Notes: generated by a model from the sequence alone, not told the origin. A stretch of 64,000 bases of DNA from Eledone cirrhosa (GCA_964016885.1 OZ024753.1:45198001-45262000), one strand, 5' to 3'. Positions 1-14,904 are shown, numbered from the stretch's first letter. Numbers and translations: made by a program.

Positions 1-124
1 CCTTTACCGGTTTCACAGTTCTTCTGCTTTTCAAAAGGTGAGTTGAGATGGAGAAAAACCACAGACCCTCCATCTCAACTCACTTTTTGAAAAGCAGAAG
101 AACTGCGAAACCAACCGGTAAAGG
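1..124. mobile_element. Fold-back palindrome of a Penelope-like terminus; each arm carries a degenerate hammerhead
   Basis: Arms cctttaccggtttcacagttcttctgcttttcaaaaggtgagttgagatggag / ctccatctcaactcactttttgaaaagcagaagaactgcgaaaccaaccggtaaagg. Minus reading of the left arm: cctt-ttgaaaa-gcag aagaa ctgt-gaaa-ccgg-ta-aagg (core CUGAAGA appears mutated to UUGAAAA). Confidence 0.6.
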
Positions 125-195
125 AACCAAATAAATATATATATATTTTTTTTAAATCAGACTCCAGTTGCATTTTCGATTTCATCTCTTTTTCT

Positions 196-243
<48 letters not shown>

Positions 244-332
244 CAGATATATATGCGTGTGAGTGTATATATTATACATAGGCCGAAACTGCTTGTGTCG
301 TGGTCAGGATTTTACTTCTCTCTCTCCCTCTT

Positions 333-386
<54 letters not shown>

Positions 387-643
387 AGTGTGTAAATGTA
401 TATATATATACAGAGAGGGGAGGTAGAGGGGGTATGGTAGGGGTTATAGAAGAGCCATCTGTAGTTCCCCCCCCCCACTCACCTATCAACTAGTCTATAC
501 AATAAATCTATACAACATAATAGACACTTCTACAACTAATACTGCTCTTATTGCTTTATGGATGTTATATACACATTATGTTTATATACACACACACACA
601 CACACATATATATATGTATATATATATATATACACATACATAC

Positions 644-674
<31 letters not shown>

Positions 675-739
675 CACACATATATATATTTGTTTTACAT
701 ATATGGACATATATACATATACATACGTCATACATACAA

Positions 740-781
<42 letters not shown>

Positions 782-938
782 TATGCATATTATACACACA
801 TTTGTGTTATACATATATATCCCCTGCAACAGGGCTCTCTCTCTCTCTCCATCTCCATATCTCTCTCCATCTCTCTCTCTCTATCTCTCTCTATCTCCAT
901 CTCCCCCCCCTCTCTCTCTCCCCTCCCTCTCTCTCTCC

Positions 939-971
<33 letters not shown>

Positions 972-1084
972 CCCCTCTCTCTCTATCTCTCCCCTCCTCC
1001 CCCCTCTCTCTCTATCACCTAAACCAACATAATATGAAAACAACACTACGAGAGATAATGAACGTATGATGACAACCATGATGA

Positions 1085-1650
1085 TGATGTGATGTAGTAG
1101 TAGTTGTTGTGGTGGTGGTGGTGGTGGTGGTAGAAGTGGTGGTGGTGGTGGCGGTGGTAGTAGTAGTAGTGGTGGTGGTAGTAGTGGTGGTGGTGGTAGT
1201 GATGGTAGTGATGGTAGTGGTAGTGGTGGTGGTGGTGGTGGTGGTGGTGGTAGTGATGGTAGTGGTAGTGGTGGTGGTGGTGGTGGTGGTGGTGGTGGTA
1301 GTGATGGTGGTGGTGGTGGTGGTAGTGATGGTGGTAGTAGTAGTGGTGGTAGTGGTAGTGGTGGTGGTGGTGGTGGTGGTGGTAGTGATGGTGGTAGTAG
1401 TAGTGGTGGTGGTGGTGGTGGTGGTAGTGGTGGTGGAGGTGGTGGTAGTGATGGTGGTAGTAGTAGTGGTGGTGGTGGTGGTGGTGGTGGTAGTAGTAGT
1501 GGTGGTGGTGGTAGTGACGGTAGCGGTAGTAGTGGTGGTGGTATTAGTGGTGGTGGTAGTGGTGATAGTAGTAGTAGTAGTAATAGTAGTAGTGGCGGTA
1601 CTAGTAGTAGTAATGGTGGTGATGGTAGTAGTGGCGGTAGTAGTAGTGTT
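1085..1650. repeat. (GGT/AGT)n trinucleotide microsatellite
   Basis: Direct read; explains the poly-V/T/P ORFs. Confidence 0.95.
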
Positions 1651-2446
1651 ACACACAACCCCCACCACTCCACCACCATCACACCCTGTCTCACCTACTT
1701 ATATCACAGTCTATATATTTCTACATTCTGTGATGTTGTTATTGTTGTCGTTATATAGCCCTAGGCCAGCCAGGAGATCAGAGACATTTCAACGATCACC
1801 ACCCCCACCCATCCTTTTAAGGGAACCATCTAGAACAAAACCATACAATGAACCTGTCCTTTATTTATTTAAGACGTAGGGTGTGATTTGGAGCGGATTT
1901 TGGCTGCTATATCTAGCAGTTTACGTTACTGTGTATAGACTGGCTGTGTTGTAATAGTAGTTTGTGTATAGGCCTTACTGAACAGACATATATCCGTCTG
2001 TCTGTATGTCTGTCTGTCATAACCCACAAGTCTTAACATCATTATAGGCCCCGAGTGAGGCAATGCACTGGGCCCCTTACATAAACAATCACAACTTACT
2101 TTTTTTTTCACCCTTAGCATCACAATAAAGCCACTAAAATATAAGGGGTTACTGAGAAGGGAGAAGGACAAGTCCCTAGTAAGGTAATAAAGCCACTAAA
2201 TGTAAGGGGTTACTGTGAAGGGAGAAGGACAAGACAGAGAGAACATAATCCCACTAAAATATAAGGGGTTACTGTGAACGGAGAAGGACAAGTCCCTAGT
2301 AAGGCAATAAAGCCACTAAAATGTAAGGGGTTACTGAGAAGGGAGAAGGACAAGACAGAGAGAACATAATTGAAGGAGAGAAGCGGGTGTTAGATGTTGC
2401 TTTTAAATTATTACTAATTGTATTGGCCAGAAAAGCCGGAAGAGAA

Positions 2447-4137
2447 TCTGGGGCTGTGTTTAGACCTATGAAAGACCCTAACCTCAAATCTGGGGCTGTG
2501 TTTAGACCTATGAAAGACCCTAACATCAAATCTGGGGCTGTGTTTAGACCTATGAAAGACCCTAACCTCAAATCTGGGGCTGTGTTTAGACCTATGAAAG
2601 ACCCTAACCTCAAATCTGGGGCTGTGTTTAGACCTATGAAAGACCCTAACCTCAAATCTGGGGCTGTGTTTAGACCTATGAAAGACCCTAACCTCAAATC
2701 TGGGGCTGTGTTTAGACCTATGAAAGATCCTAACCTCAAATCTGGGGCTGTGTTTAGACCTATGAAAGACCCTAACCTCAAATCTGGGGCTGTGTTTAGA
2801 CCTATGAAAGACCCTAACCTCAAATCTGGGGCTGTTTAGACCTATGAAAGATCCTAACCTCAAATCTGGGGCTGTGTTTAGACCTATGAAAGACCCTAAC
2901 CTCAAATCTGGGGCTGTGTTTAGACCTATGAAAGACCCTAACCTCAAATCTGGGGCTGTTTAGACCTATGAAAGACCCTAACCTCAAATCTGGGGCTGTG
3001 TTTAGACCTATGAAAGACCCTAACCTCAAATCTGGGGCTGTTTAGACCTATGAAAGATCCTAACCTCAAATCTGGGGCTGTGTTTAGACCTATGAAAGAC
3101 CCTAACCCCAAATCTGGGGCTGTGTTTAGACCTATGAAAGACCCTAACCTCAAATCTGGGGCTGTTTAGACCTATGAAAGATCCTAACCTCAAATCTGGG
3201 GCTGTGTTTAGACCTATGAAAGACCCTAACCCCAAATCTGGGGCTGTGTTTAGACCTATGAAAGACCCTAACCCCAAATCTGGGGCTGTGTTTAGACCTA
3301 TGAAAGATCCTAACCTCAAATCTGGGGCTGTGTTTACCTATGAAAGACCCTAACCTCAAATTTTGGGCTGTGTTTAGACCTATGAAAGACCCTAACCCGA
3401 AATCTGGGGCTGTTTAGACCTATGAAAGATCCTAACCTCAAATCTGGGGCTGTGTTTAGACCTATGAAAGACCCTAACCTCAAATCTGGGGCTGTGTTTA
3501 GACCTATGAAAGACCCTAACCTCAAATCTGGGGCTGTGTTTAGACCTATGAAAGATCCTAACCTCAAATCTGGGGCTGTGTTTAGACCTATGAAAGACCC
3601 TAACCCCAAATCTGGGGCTGTGTTTAGACCTATGAAAGATCCTAACCTCAAATCTGGGGCTGTGTTTACCTATGAAAGACCCTAACCTCAAATTTTGGGC
3701 TGTGTTTAGACCTATGAAAGACCCTAACCCCAAATCTGGGGCTGTGTTTAGACCTATGAAAGACCCTAACCCCAAATCTGGGGCTGTGTTTAGACCTATG
3801 AAAGACCCTAACCCGAAATCTGGGGCTCTGTTTAGACCTATGAAAGACCCTAACCTCAAATCTGGGGCTGTGTTTAGACCTATGAAAGACCCTAACCCCA
3901 AATCTGGGGCTGTGTTTAGACCTATGAAAGACCCTAACATCAAATCTGGGGCTGTGTTTAGACCTATGAAAGACCCTAACATCAAATCTGGGGCTGTGTT
4001 TAGACCTATGAAAGACCCTAACCTCAAATCTGGGGCTGTGTTTAGACCTATGAAAGACCCTAACCCCAAATCTGGGGCTGTGTTTAGACCTATGAAAGAC
4101 CCTAACATCAAATCTGGGGCTGTGTTTAGACCTATGA
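2447..4137. repeat. 42-bp minisatellite, ~40 copies (some shorter units)
   Basis: Unit aaatctggggctgtgtttagacctatgaaagaccctaacctc; 14-aa periodic ORFs broken by indel units. Confidence 0.97.
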
Positions 4138-4453
4138 AGATGAGACAACAAAGAGGAAAGCTTAGAACAATATCCATGAAAATATTTATAGAAAAGCCAC
4201 AGAGATACAACATTTTAACTGTGAGATGGTGATTAAAGCTGACATGATATCGTCAGGACTAGCTTTGAGCCCCTAGATCCAGAAGGGTGGGAGGAGGTCA
4301 TTGTCCATTGAACACACACCTAAAGAAGACACTGCTCCTTATAATTAAATATATGTACATTACATTGCAGTATCAACAATACCACAACCTCACTGGACAC
4401 AGAAGAATATCTTCTTTGATATGTCTTTTAGATAACACAATATAACACACACA

Positions 4454-4499
<46 letters not shown>

Positions 4500-4501
<2 letters not shown>

Positions 4502-4708
4502 ATGTAGTTGACAGCTGAGAGAAAGGAGTACTCAATACCGAAGTAGAGTTTAAATATTCATTTTATTAACATAAAGCTAAATAGTGAGTCTTGTTACTCT
4601 GGAGTTTCGGCTGTTTATAACATGGTGTTAGCATCAGATACTTATCTGATAACCCTGTGATAAACTGGCGAAACTCCAGAGTAACAGGACCCACTATTTG
4701 GCCTTTAT
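4500..4708. mobile_element. Penelope-like terminal fragment with inverted duplication and degenerate HHR (4641-4688 +)
   Basis: Inverted arms around ~4640. Right arm reads cttat-ctgataa-...ctggc-gaaa-ctccagag-ta-acagg. GTACTCAATAC at 4528-4538; flanked by (TA)n. Confidence 0.6.
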
Positions 4709-4911
4709 ATATATATATGCATGTATAAATCGCAGCCCCTATTATACATGCATCATTTACAATGTACCGTATCTTTTAAAGTGAGAATTTCTAGGTCCAA
4801 TAGATAAGGAGATAAGTCGCATGTTAATCTTTCTAGTTTAATTTCGTGGGAAAAACTGCGACTTATAAAACGAGTGTATATTAGTGCTGATAGAATAAAG
4901 CCAAGTTACAG

Positions 4912-4977
<66 letters not shown>

Positions 4978-5114
4978 CTATACATTATTCTCAGGATATA
5001 GTCTGTGTATATGTGTGTGTGTATATATATATATATTCATTTATTATGGCTACATAGCTAAACTCCACCTCGGTATTGAGTACTTTCTCTCATGTCCATC
5101 AATAACACAAGGAT

Positions 5115-5187
<73 letters not shown>

Positions 5188-6067
5188 TGTTTAGTGATAT
5201 AACGACAGTACCCCCTCCTGGTGGTATATACTATAACTATCACCCTCTCTAATCAACACTATTCCCTTACTATTTCTCTCTCTCACCTCTCTATTCTTCT
5301 CAGCCGTTCTATATCTCCTCTATATCCTACTTACTACCTTCTCTCTATCTTGTCTATATTTCTATCTTCTCTCTATCCTTCTATCTCTCCCCAATACCCC
5401 CTATATTCTCTCTCTCTCTCTCTCTCTCTCTAGTTGCCAACCATCCATATAAATATGGCAGCGGCATGCCGTATCTAAACCTACCACACACACATCAACA
5501 CTACCACATACACACACCATAGTACTACAGCCACATACACACACTTCACATACATACACACTGTACGAGACAACAACCACATAAAGACCTACACACTTCA
5601 CACACACACACACAACATGACACTACAACCACATACACACATACAGCACGACACTACATAAAACAAACACACACAACATTACAACTACACACACACCGCT
5701 ATATCACACACACAACACTACAGAGAGAGTGCCAACATCAAAAAGAGAGAGAGAGAGAGAGTGCCATAATCGAAGACAGAGGGAGAGAGAGAGAGTGTGT
5801 GTATGTGTATGTATGTGTGTATGTGTGTGTATGTGCGATCATCAATATGAAACTAACACCATTCTACCATTTATCAGTCACCAGTTACACAGCTACTGGT
5901 GTTATTGGTAGATATAGTATAGTAACTACAGCAGCAATACTAACACTATCACTTACTACAGCAACAGTACTAACACTGACAGTAACTACAGCAGCAGTAC
6001 TAACAGTAACAACAATAACACCAGTTACACTATATTATATGTTGGTGTTAATATTGGTATATGTAAT

Positions 6068-6246
6068 AATTGTTTCTACTTTTGGCACAAGGCCAGCAAT
6101 TACCCCAGTGCATTACTGGTACTCTATTTTATCGACCCCGTAAGGATGAAAGGCAAAGTCAACCTCAGCGGGATTTGAACTCAGATCGTTAAGGGACGTA
6201 ACTATGCTGGAAAGCATGGCGTCCGACCCTCTACCGATACTGCCAA
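6068..6246 (-). mobile_element. tRNA-derived SINE (family S1)
   Basis: Minus strand has A box tggcagtatcggtag, B box gttcaaatcc, and central gttgactttgcctttcatccttacggggtcgataaaatagagtaccag (resembles the Deu/Nin SINE domain). Near-identical copies occur elsewhere in the window. Confidence 0.85.
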
Positions 6247-6269
6247 GTAGTTACTACATGTACTATAGC

Positions 6270-6930
6270 AGTAACAACAGCAGTAATAACACTACAACAG
6301 CAGTAATAACACTACAGCAGCAGTAATAACAACAGTAATAACACTACAGCAGCAGTAATAACACTACAGCAGCAGTAATAACAACAGTAATAACACTACA
6401 GCAGCAGTAATAACACTACAACAGCAGTAATAACACTACAGCAGCAGTAATAACAACAGTAATAACACTACAACAGCAGTAATAACACTACAGCAGCAGT
6501 AATAACAACAGTAATAACACTACAGCAGCAGTAATAACACTACAACAGCAGTAATAACACTACAACAGCAGTAATAACACTACAACAGCAGTAATAACAC
6601 TACATCAGCCAACAGCAGTAATATCAGTTACTACAGCAGCAGTAATAACTCTTACTACAGCAGCAGTAATAACACTTACTACAGCAGCAGTAATAACACT
6701 TACTACAGCAGCAGTAATAACACTACAACAGCAGCAGTAATAACACTTACTACAGCAGCAGTAATAACACTACAACAGCAGCAGTAATAACACTTACTAC
6801 AGCAGCAGTAATAACACTACAGCAGCCAACAGCAGTAACAACACTACAGCAGTAACACTAGTCACACAGCAGTAATAACACTAACACTTACTACAGCAGC
6901 AGTAATAACACTACAGCAGCAACACTAGTC
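6270..6930. repeat. Degenerate ~18-21 bp repeat (cagcagtaataacacta)
   Basis: Direct read. Confidence 0.9.
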
Positions 6931-7299
6931 ACACAGCTACTGGTGTTGATATAGAATATGCACTATAGTGCAACACCAGTACCAACACCAGTAACAACAC
7001 CAACACCAGTACCAACAACAGTACCAACACCAACACCAGTACCAACACCAACACCAACACCACCAGTACCAACACCAACACCACCAGTACCAACACCAAC
7101 ACCAACACCACCAGTACCAGTACCAACACCAACAGTACCACCAGTACTAGTACCAACACCACCACCACCAGTACCAGTACCACCAGTACCAACAACATAT
7201 ACTGTCGTCACTCACACTTGACGCAGCACTGTGTTGCTGTGATGTTGATAGCAGTAGAGGTATTGTTGTTGTACATTAGTTTACAGCTGCGCTTCTATA

Positions 7300-7880
7300 T
7301 ACACACACACATGTATATCTACACACACACATGTATATCTACACACACACACATGTATATCTACACACACACACACACACATGTATATCTACACACACAT
7401 ACATGTATATCTACACACACACACACACACATGTATATCTACACACACACACGTATATCTACACACACACACATGTATATCTACACACACACACACACAC
7501 ACATGTATATCTACACACACACATGTATATCTACACACACATGTATATCTACACACACACATGTATATCTACACACACACACATGTATATCTACACACAC
7601 ACACACACACACACATGTATATCTACACACACACACACATGTATATCCACACACACACACATGTATATCCACACACACACACACACACACATGTATATCT
7701 ACACACACACACATGTATATCTACACACACACACACACATGTATATCTACACACACACACACACATGTATATCTACACAAACACACACATGTATATCTAC
7801 ACACACACACACACATGTATATCTACACAAACACACACATGTAAATCTACACAAACACACACATGTAAATCTACATATAT
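7300..7880. repeat. (CA)n-tgtatatct compound minisatellite
   Basis: Direct read. Confidence 0.9.
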
Positions 7881-7902
7881 GAATTTACAGCTGCACCTCT
7901 TT

Positions 7903-8039
<137 letters not shown>

Positions 8040-8136
8040 GTCCTCAAAAATGTATACATACCGATTACCTGTACAGGCAATTATCTATTAAAATGTTGAA
8101 GTGTGTATACATTTTTTTCACACTCTACACACGCAA

Positions 8137-8171
<35 letters not shown>

Positions 8172-8574
8172 CATACATGAATTTACACACATATATATAT
8201 ATGTGTGTGTGTATATGTGTGTATGTGTGTATGTGAAGATCCCAGGTGTAATTCAAGTGTCGGCGGATGTAGTCCAACTCAACATGACAAGTAGCTTCAT
8301 GTGAAACTCTGTACTCTTGAGTAACACACCATCTCTTCTTAGATAATAGCAGACAGAATAATTAATAATTCTATATATATACAGACAGTTCCTTATAAAT
8401 GTATACACACTTTGATTACCTGTACAGGCAATATTTATTAGAATGATGTTGAAGTCTGTATACATTTTTTTTTGGGGGGGGGGGCATATCCCCCCCCTCT
8501 CTCTCTCTCGGTATATATATACTCTCAGTGCGTATATTGAGTTCTTTTTTTCTCAGTTGTAAAACTCAACATGT

Positions 8575-8614
<40 letters not shown>

Positions 8615-8628
8615 TGGCATGCATTATG

Positions 8629-8795
8629 TAGAAATGTCTTCTACAGGCGTAGAACTGTTTCATTCATATGAAATCATCAACAGTTCTCGTCACGTAGAAG
8701 TAATTTCTATATAAAATATAGAATAAAGATGCCTACACTTTAGTAACGTATTGAGTACGTTTATTAGCCACCTTTTATATATAGGGACTCCACCC
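8629..8795. mobile_element. Penelope-like terminal fragment, inverted fusion at a truncated HHR (family of 29375)
   Basis: cttctacaggcgtagaactgtttcattcatatgaaatcatca matches 29379-29420, followed by inverted acagttctcgtcacgtagaag. GTATTGAGTAC at 8748-8758. Confidence 0.65.
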
Positions 8796-8883
8796 TTAAT
8801 TATATATACATACATGTGTATATGGGTGTAGAGTGTAAAGGATTAACGAATTTTGTAACCCACTTGTAGACAGCTTACATACA

Positions 8884-8958
8884 CAGGGTGTCCCAAAACC
8901 TTGTATACACATATTTATTAGAATGCTGTTGAATGTATACATTTTGGGGGACACCCTG
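8884..8958. mobile_element. Very short Tc1/mariner-type MITE (related degenerate copies ~8034-8125, ~8385-8490)
   Basis: TIRs cagggtgtcccaaaa / ttttgggggacaccctg; internal atttattagaatg..gttgaa..tgtatacattttt shared by three local copies. Confidence 0.65.
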
Positions 8959-9444
8959 TGAGTGTATATATAGATATATGTGTGTGTGTGTGTATGTACA
9001 CAGAGATAAGGGTGTGTATGTGTGTGTGTGCGTAGAAAAATAGACGGAATTAAAGAGTGGGGACCATGTGGAGTTGGGTTGTTGTAGGGATGGGATGTAG
9101 GTAAGTAGACGGCCGAACAATCATATATATAGACTATATATACGTGTATGTGTGTGTATATATATATATACGTGTATGTGTGTATATACAGGTGATTGTG
9201 AGAGTGTAAGAGATATATTAGGGGACAGTGAATGAGAAAATAGCCAGTACAAATGGCCAATTTCTTTCTAAACCATTCAATTTGTTTTAACAGAAATTCT
9301 CCGATCCATTCATCATTCATGTAACATAATACACTGTGCTTTGTTGAAGTGGCAGGAGCTCAGCCGTCGAGCTCCGACACTCTAATAGACACACACACAC
9401 ATATATATATATATACATACACACATATATATATATATACACAT

Positions 9445-9525
<81 letters not shown>

Positions 9526-10078
9526 CACACACATATATATATATATATACACACACGCATATAGACATATATATATATATACACACACATATACACACAC
9601 ACACATATATATATACACACACATGCATACAGACATACACACACACATATATATACACACACACATGTAGACATATATATATATACACACACACACATAT
9701 ATATATACATACAGACATACCTACATACACACGATTGATAATCATTTAGAAGGACACTATATATATAACAATAGAATTGTTACCGTGTATATCAATATAT
9801 ACATATAGACAGACAGAATGACACATACATACATATATATATATACATGTATATACATACACACACATATATATACACATAATTGTGTATACGATCGCGT
9901 TAAAATCGTAGTGAAAGCCGACGGTGTGTATATGATATAAATTAACATGAATTTCACTGGTCTTATATCACGTAGAAACACGCACCTCGCATATATATAT
10001 ATTATATTATACACACATACATACAACTAAATATATATATATACACACACACACACATACATACATCTAAATCTATAT

Positions 10079-10117
<39 letters not shown>

Positions 10118-11788
10118 ATACATACATGCATCCAAATCTGTATATACACACACACATCCAAATCTATATATACATACACACACACACATATACACATATA
10201 TATATTATTATACATACATCCAAATCTATATACATACATATATATATATATATATTATACATACATCTAAATCTATATATACACACACACACACACACAG
10301 ACATATATATATATATATATATAGTGTTCTTGATACCGAAAGCTAGTGTCGATATGATGAAGAAAATGTATTTTGTCAATGAAAACATTATATATACATG
10401 TATAAAATAATAATAAAAATAATAAATACATAGGTATATGTGTATATATATCCATTTCACATCTTGAGGCGAGGATCTTGAGGTTTTGAGGATAATAACA
10501 CCATGTTTGCCATCTCTCTATATGCATGTATATAGAGCTGTGTGTATATATGGGTGTGTGCATGTGTGTAGAGTGCCACAGTGTATATACAGTGTGTGTG
10601 TGTGTGTGTGGAGCTGAGTGTAGCTTTCACTATGATGCACGTATAGATGAGAGTGAGAAACTACTACTACTACTACTATCACTATCGTTACTACTACTGC
10701 CACCGCCACCACCACCACTACTACTAATGCGACCACCGCCGCCACCACTACTACTACTAATGCGACCACCGCCGCCACCACTACTACTACTACTAATGCG
10801 ACCACCGCCGCCACCACAACTACCGCTACCGCCACTACTACTACTACTGCGACTACCACCACCGCCACCATCACCACTACTACTACTGCGACCACCACCA
10901 CCACCACTACCACCACCACCATCACCACTACTGCGACCACCACCACCACCACCACCACCACTACTACTACTACTGTTGCTCACCCCGTCTCCTGCCCTGT
11001 CGCCATCATCACCTTCACAGCTTACTCTTTTTTTTAATTTATCCCGTTCTCTCTCTCTCTATCCCGTTCTCTCTCTCTCTATCCCGTTCTCTCTTTCTCT
11101 CTCTCTCACTTTTTTCTCACACTCTTTCTTTAATCACACACTGACACTCTCTCACTTTCTCTTTCTCTCTTAACCTCCCTCCCCCCGCTGTCTTTCTCCA
11201 TTTATTCCTCTCTCTCTATATATATCTCTTAATCACGCACTAACACACACACTGACATACACATACATACACATACATACACACACTGACACACTCACTT
11301 TCTCTTTCTCTCTTAACCCCCCTCCCCCGTCTTTCTCCGTTTATTTCTCTCTCTCTCTCTCTTAATCACCCACTAACACACACACATACGCACACACACA
11401 CATACACACACACACACATATAACGATAAGGTCTTCTAACATCAAATATAATCAGTTAAAAAAAACGATTATCCAAGCTCTTAGTAAGCAAAAACTCCCT
11501 TTAAGAATGTTTAATATAATATAATATAATATATATATATATACACAAATATATATGTGTATGTATGTATGTGTATATATATATATATATATATACATAT
11601 ATGTGTGTATGTGTATATGTGTGTGTATGTGTATATATATATATACTAATATATGTGTATGTATGTGTATATATATATCTGACAGTATGTGTATATATAT
11701 ATATATATATGTCATATATATATATATATATATATGTCAACTTGATATATTTATGTAGTAGTAGTAGTGGTCGTCGTCGTAGTAGTGC

Positions 11789-11820
<32 letters not shown>

Positions 11821-12094
11821 GTCTGAATGAGCAACAGAGCTGAGATCAGTGACGTTCCAAACGTGACAATCATGTTTATTTTTTTAAGACGGTAGAATGA
11901 AATTGAAAAGGGTTTTGGCTGCTGTTTCTAGCAGGCCTTTTGACCACACTCATTTAGTCTCTTTCTCAAATACACACTCTCCCTCCCTCCCTCTCTCTTA
12001 CCCTTTCTCTCTCTCTCTCTCTCTTTCTCACTCTTTGTAGTAGGGAGATCTAATTCTTCTGAACACGCTTCCCTACACTTTCAGTGGAGCTGCT

Positions 12095-12136
12095 GCTGCT
12101 GCTACTACTGCTACTACTACCACTACCACCACCACC

Positions 12137-12168
<32 letters not shown>

Positions 12169-12230
12169 CACCACCACCACCAAAACCACTACTACTGCTG
12201 CTACTACTACCACCACCATTACTACTACCC

Positions 12231-12262
<32 letters not shown>

Positions 12263-12344
12263 GCTACTACTACTACTACCTTCACTACTACTACCACCAC
12301 CACTACTACTGCTGCTACTACTACCACCACCATTACTACTACCC

Positions 12345-12376
<32 letters not shown>

Positions 12377-12475
12377 GCTACTACTACAACCACCACCACT
12401 ACTACTACCACTACCACCACCACTACTACTACTACTACCTTCACTACTACTACCACCACCACCACTACTACTACC

Positions 12476-12508
<33 letters not shown>

Positions 12509-12655
12509 GCTACTACTACCACTACCTTCACTACTACTACTACCAATACAGCCACTACCATTAGAGATGCAACTGCAGACACAGAGCCTGCTACACCTCT
12601 TACTACTACTACTACTGTTACTACCACCACCACCACTACTACTACTACTGTTACC

Positions 12656-12695
<40 letters not shown>

Positions 12696-12700
12696 TGACT
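12095..12700. repeat. (CTA/CCA)n microsatellite
   Basis: Direct read. Confidence 0.95.
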
Positions 12701-12711
12701 AATAACAATAA

Positions 12712-13080
12712 TTTCTTTATTGGCCACAAGGGCCTGTCTATTGTATTGTCCACAAGGGGACAATACAATAGACAGGGACAGGGGGGGAGGGTTTACAGAT
12801 ATAACATGTAAAAAATATAACAATGAAAATTGCCCAATAGGGGGCATAACCACCCAGGCACGACTTGGGTACCACACCAGTCCTGAACCACCCAGGATGG
12901 GCACCCCTATTCTCCTCAAATTAGCCAGCGTACAGGTGCATGTTCAGAGCAGGCCCATTCACACGGGCCATTCTCATTTGCCCACCTTTTTGTCAATGTA
13001 GTGGGGGTGGGGCAGCACTTCTCTCTCCACCCTCACGAAACTTAGAAAAGTTGATGAAGGATTGGCTGAAGAGAAAACTG
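12712..13080 (-). mobile_element. 3' end of an L1/Tx1-type LINE (frameshifted ORF2 C-terminus plus 3' UTR)
   Basis: Minus strand gives ...SQSFINF..VRVEREVL...KRW..RMARVNGPALNMHL then a UTR ending ccttgtggccaataaagaaa at a microsatellite. The same tail occurs at 46050-46068 (+). Clade assignment is from recognition. Confidence 0.65.
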
Positions 13081-13086
13081 AATAAT

Positions 13087-13377
13087 AATTGTTTCTATTT
13101 TTGGCACAAGGCCAGCAATTACCTCAGTACATTACTGGTACTTTATTTTATCGACCCCCGTAAGGATGAAAGCAAAGTTAACCTCGGCCTGGATTTGAAC
13201 TCAGACCGTAAAGGGACACAACTCTGCTACAAAGCATGGCGTCTAACCCTCTATCGATACTACCAATCTAATAATAATTGTTTCTACTTTTGGCACAAGG
13301 CCAGCAGTTACCCCAGTATATTACTGGTACTTTATTTTATCGACCCCGTAAGGATGAAAGGCAAAGTTAACCTCGGA
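13087..13377 (-). mobile_element. Two tandem S1 SINEs (full 13087-13267; partial 13277-13377)
   Basis: High similarity to 6068-6246. Confidence 0.85.
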
Positions 13378-13425
13378 ATAATAATCAATCACAATAAATA
13401 CTAGTTGATTAGTACGAACATTTAA

Positions 13426-14280
13426 CCCTTTAACATTTAAACTGCCCATATCCGGCCAGAAACCTCTCACCTCTTTCTGTTCAAACTAGCTTCACTGGCT
13501 GCTTATACTGATGTTAAGGTATTGTTCTCAATATAAATAATATCAAAATCTCATAGCTTCGATATCATGTGAGGTAAAGCCTTTACTGTGAAAATACAAT
13601 AGTATATATAGAGTAATGTGAATGTTATGTGAGGTATTATGTGAGGTAAAGCCTTTACTGTGAAAATACAATAGTATATATAGAGTAATGTGAATGTTAT
13701 GTGAGGTATTATGTGAGGTAAAGCCTTTACTGTGACAATACAATAGTATATATAGAGTAATGTAAATGTTATGTGAGGTATTATGTGAGGTAAAGCCTTT
13801 ACTGTGAAAATACAATAGTATATATAGAGTAATGTGAATGTTATGTGAGGTATTATGTGAGGTAAAGCCTTTACTGTGAAAATACAATAGTATATATAGA
13901 GTAATGTAAATGTTATATGAGATATTATGTGAGGTAAAGCCTTTACTGTGAAAATACAATAGTATATATAGAGTAATGTAAATGTTATGTGAGATATTAT
14001 GTGAGGTAAAGCCTTTACTGTGAAAATACAATAGTATATATAGAGTAATGTAAATGTTATGTGAGATATTATGTGAGGTAAAGCCTTTACTGTGAAAATA
14101 CAATAGTATATATAGAGTAATGTAAATGTTATGTGAGATATTATGTGAGGTAAAGCCTTTACTGTGAAAATACAATAGTATATATAGAGTAAGGTAAATG
14201 TTATGTGAGATATTATGTGAGGTAAAGCCTTTACTGTGAAAATACAATAGTATATATAGAGTAGTGTAAATGGTAAAGGG
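13426..14280. mobile_element. piggyBac-type MITE with an internal 72-bp tandem array
   Basis: TTAA at 13422-13425 and 14281-14284; TIRs ccctttaacattta / taaatggtaaaggg (13 of 14 match). Confidence 0.75.
13567..14265. repeat. 72-bp minisatellite, ~10 copies
   Basis: Period measured 13571 to 13643; 24-aa periodic ORFs. Confidence 0.95.
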
Positions 14281-14904
14281 TTAAGATGTGTACATTGGGA
14301 ACATTTGAGATATATATATCCCAGTACTGGGAAGATATAAGATGTATATATCCCATTATTGGGAAGATATAAGATGTGTATATCCCAGTACTGGGAAGGT
14401 ATAAGATGTATATATCCCATTATTGGGAAGATATAAGATGTATATATCCCTAATTGGGAACATTTGAGATGTATAATCCAAGATTTGGAACATTTAAGAT
14501 ATATATATTCCAAGATTGGGATGGGGGGGGGACATCTATCTCAAATAGAACATTTTCCCTAAATATAATCATGCCAAAATATAAAATACTGTACTATATA
14601 ATAGAGTGTTATATATATAGTATAGAGCGTAAAACTGTGTAGACAGTAGACAAATCCTTAGTGACGTTCCAGCCATGACCATCAAATATCATCATATATT
14701 TTCAGACACTACACTGTCCAATATGTCCTGCATTATGTAAAATGATAAGATGTTATTTGAGTGAGATTTGGCTGTTATGTTTAGCAGAACATGAGGCAAT
14801 ATGGAGTAGGAATATAATGTGCTACAGTGCTGTGGTGCAGTAGCTGTTGATATGTATATCAGCATATGGACATGCAACGCATGCAATTGGCAGAGGGACA
14901 AATT

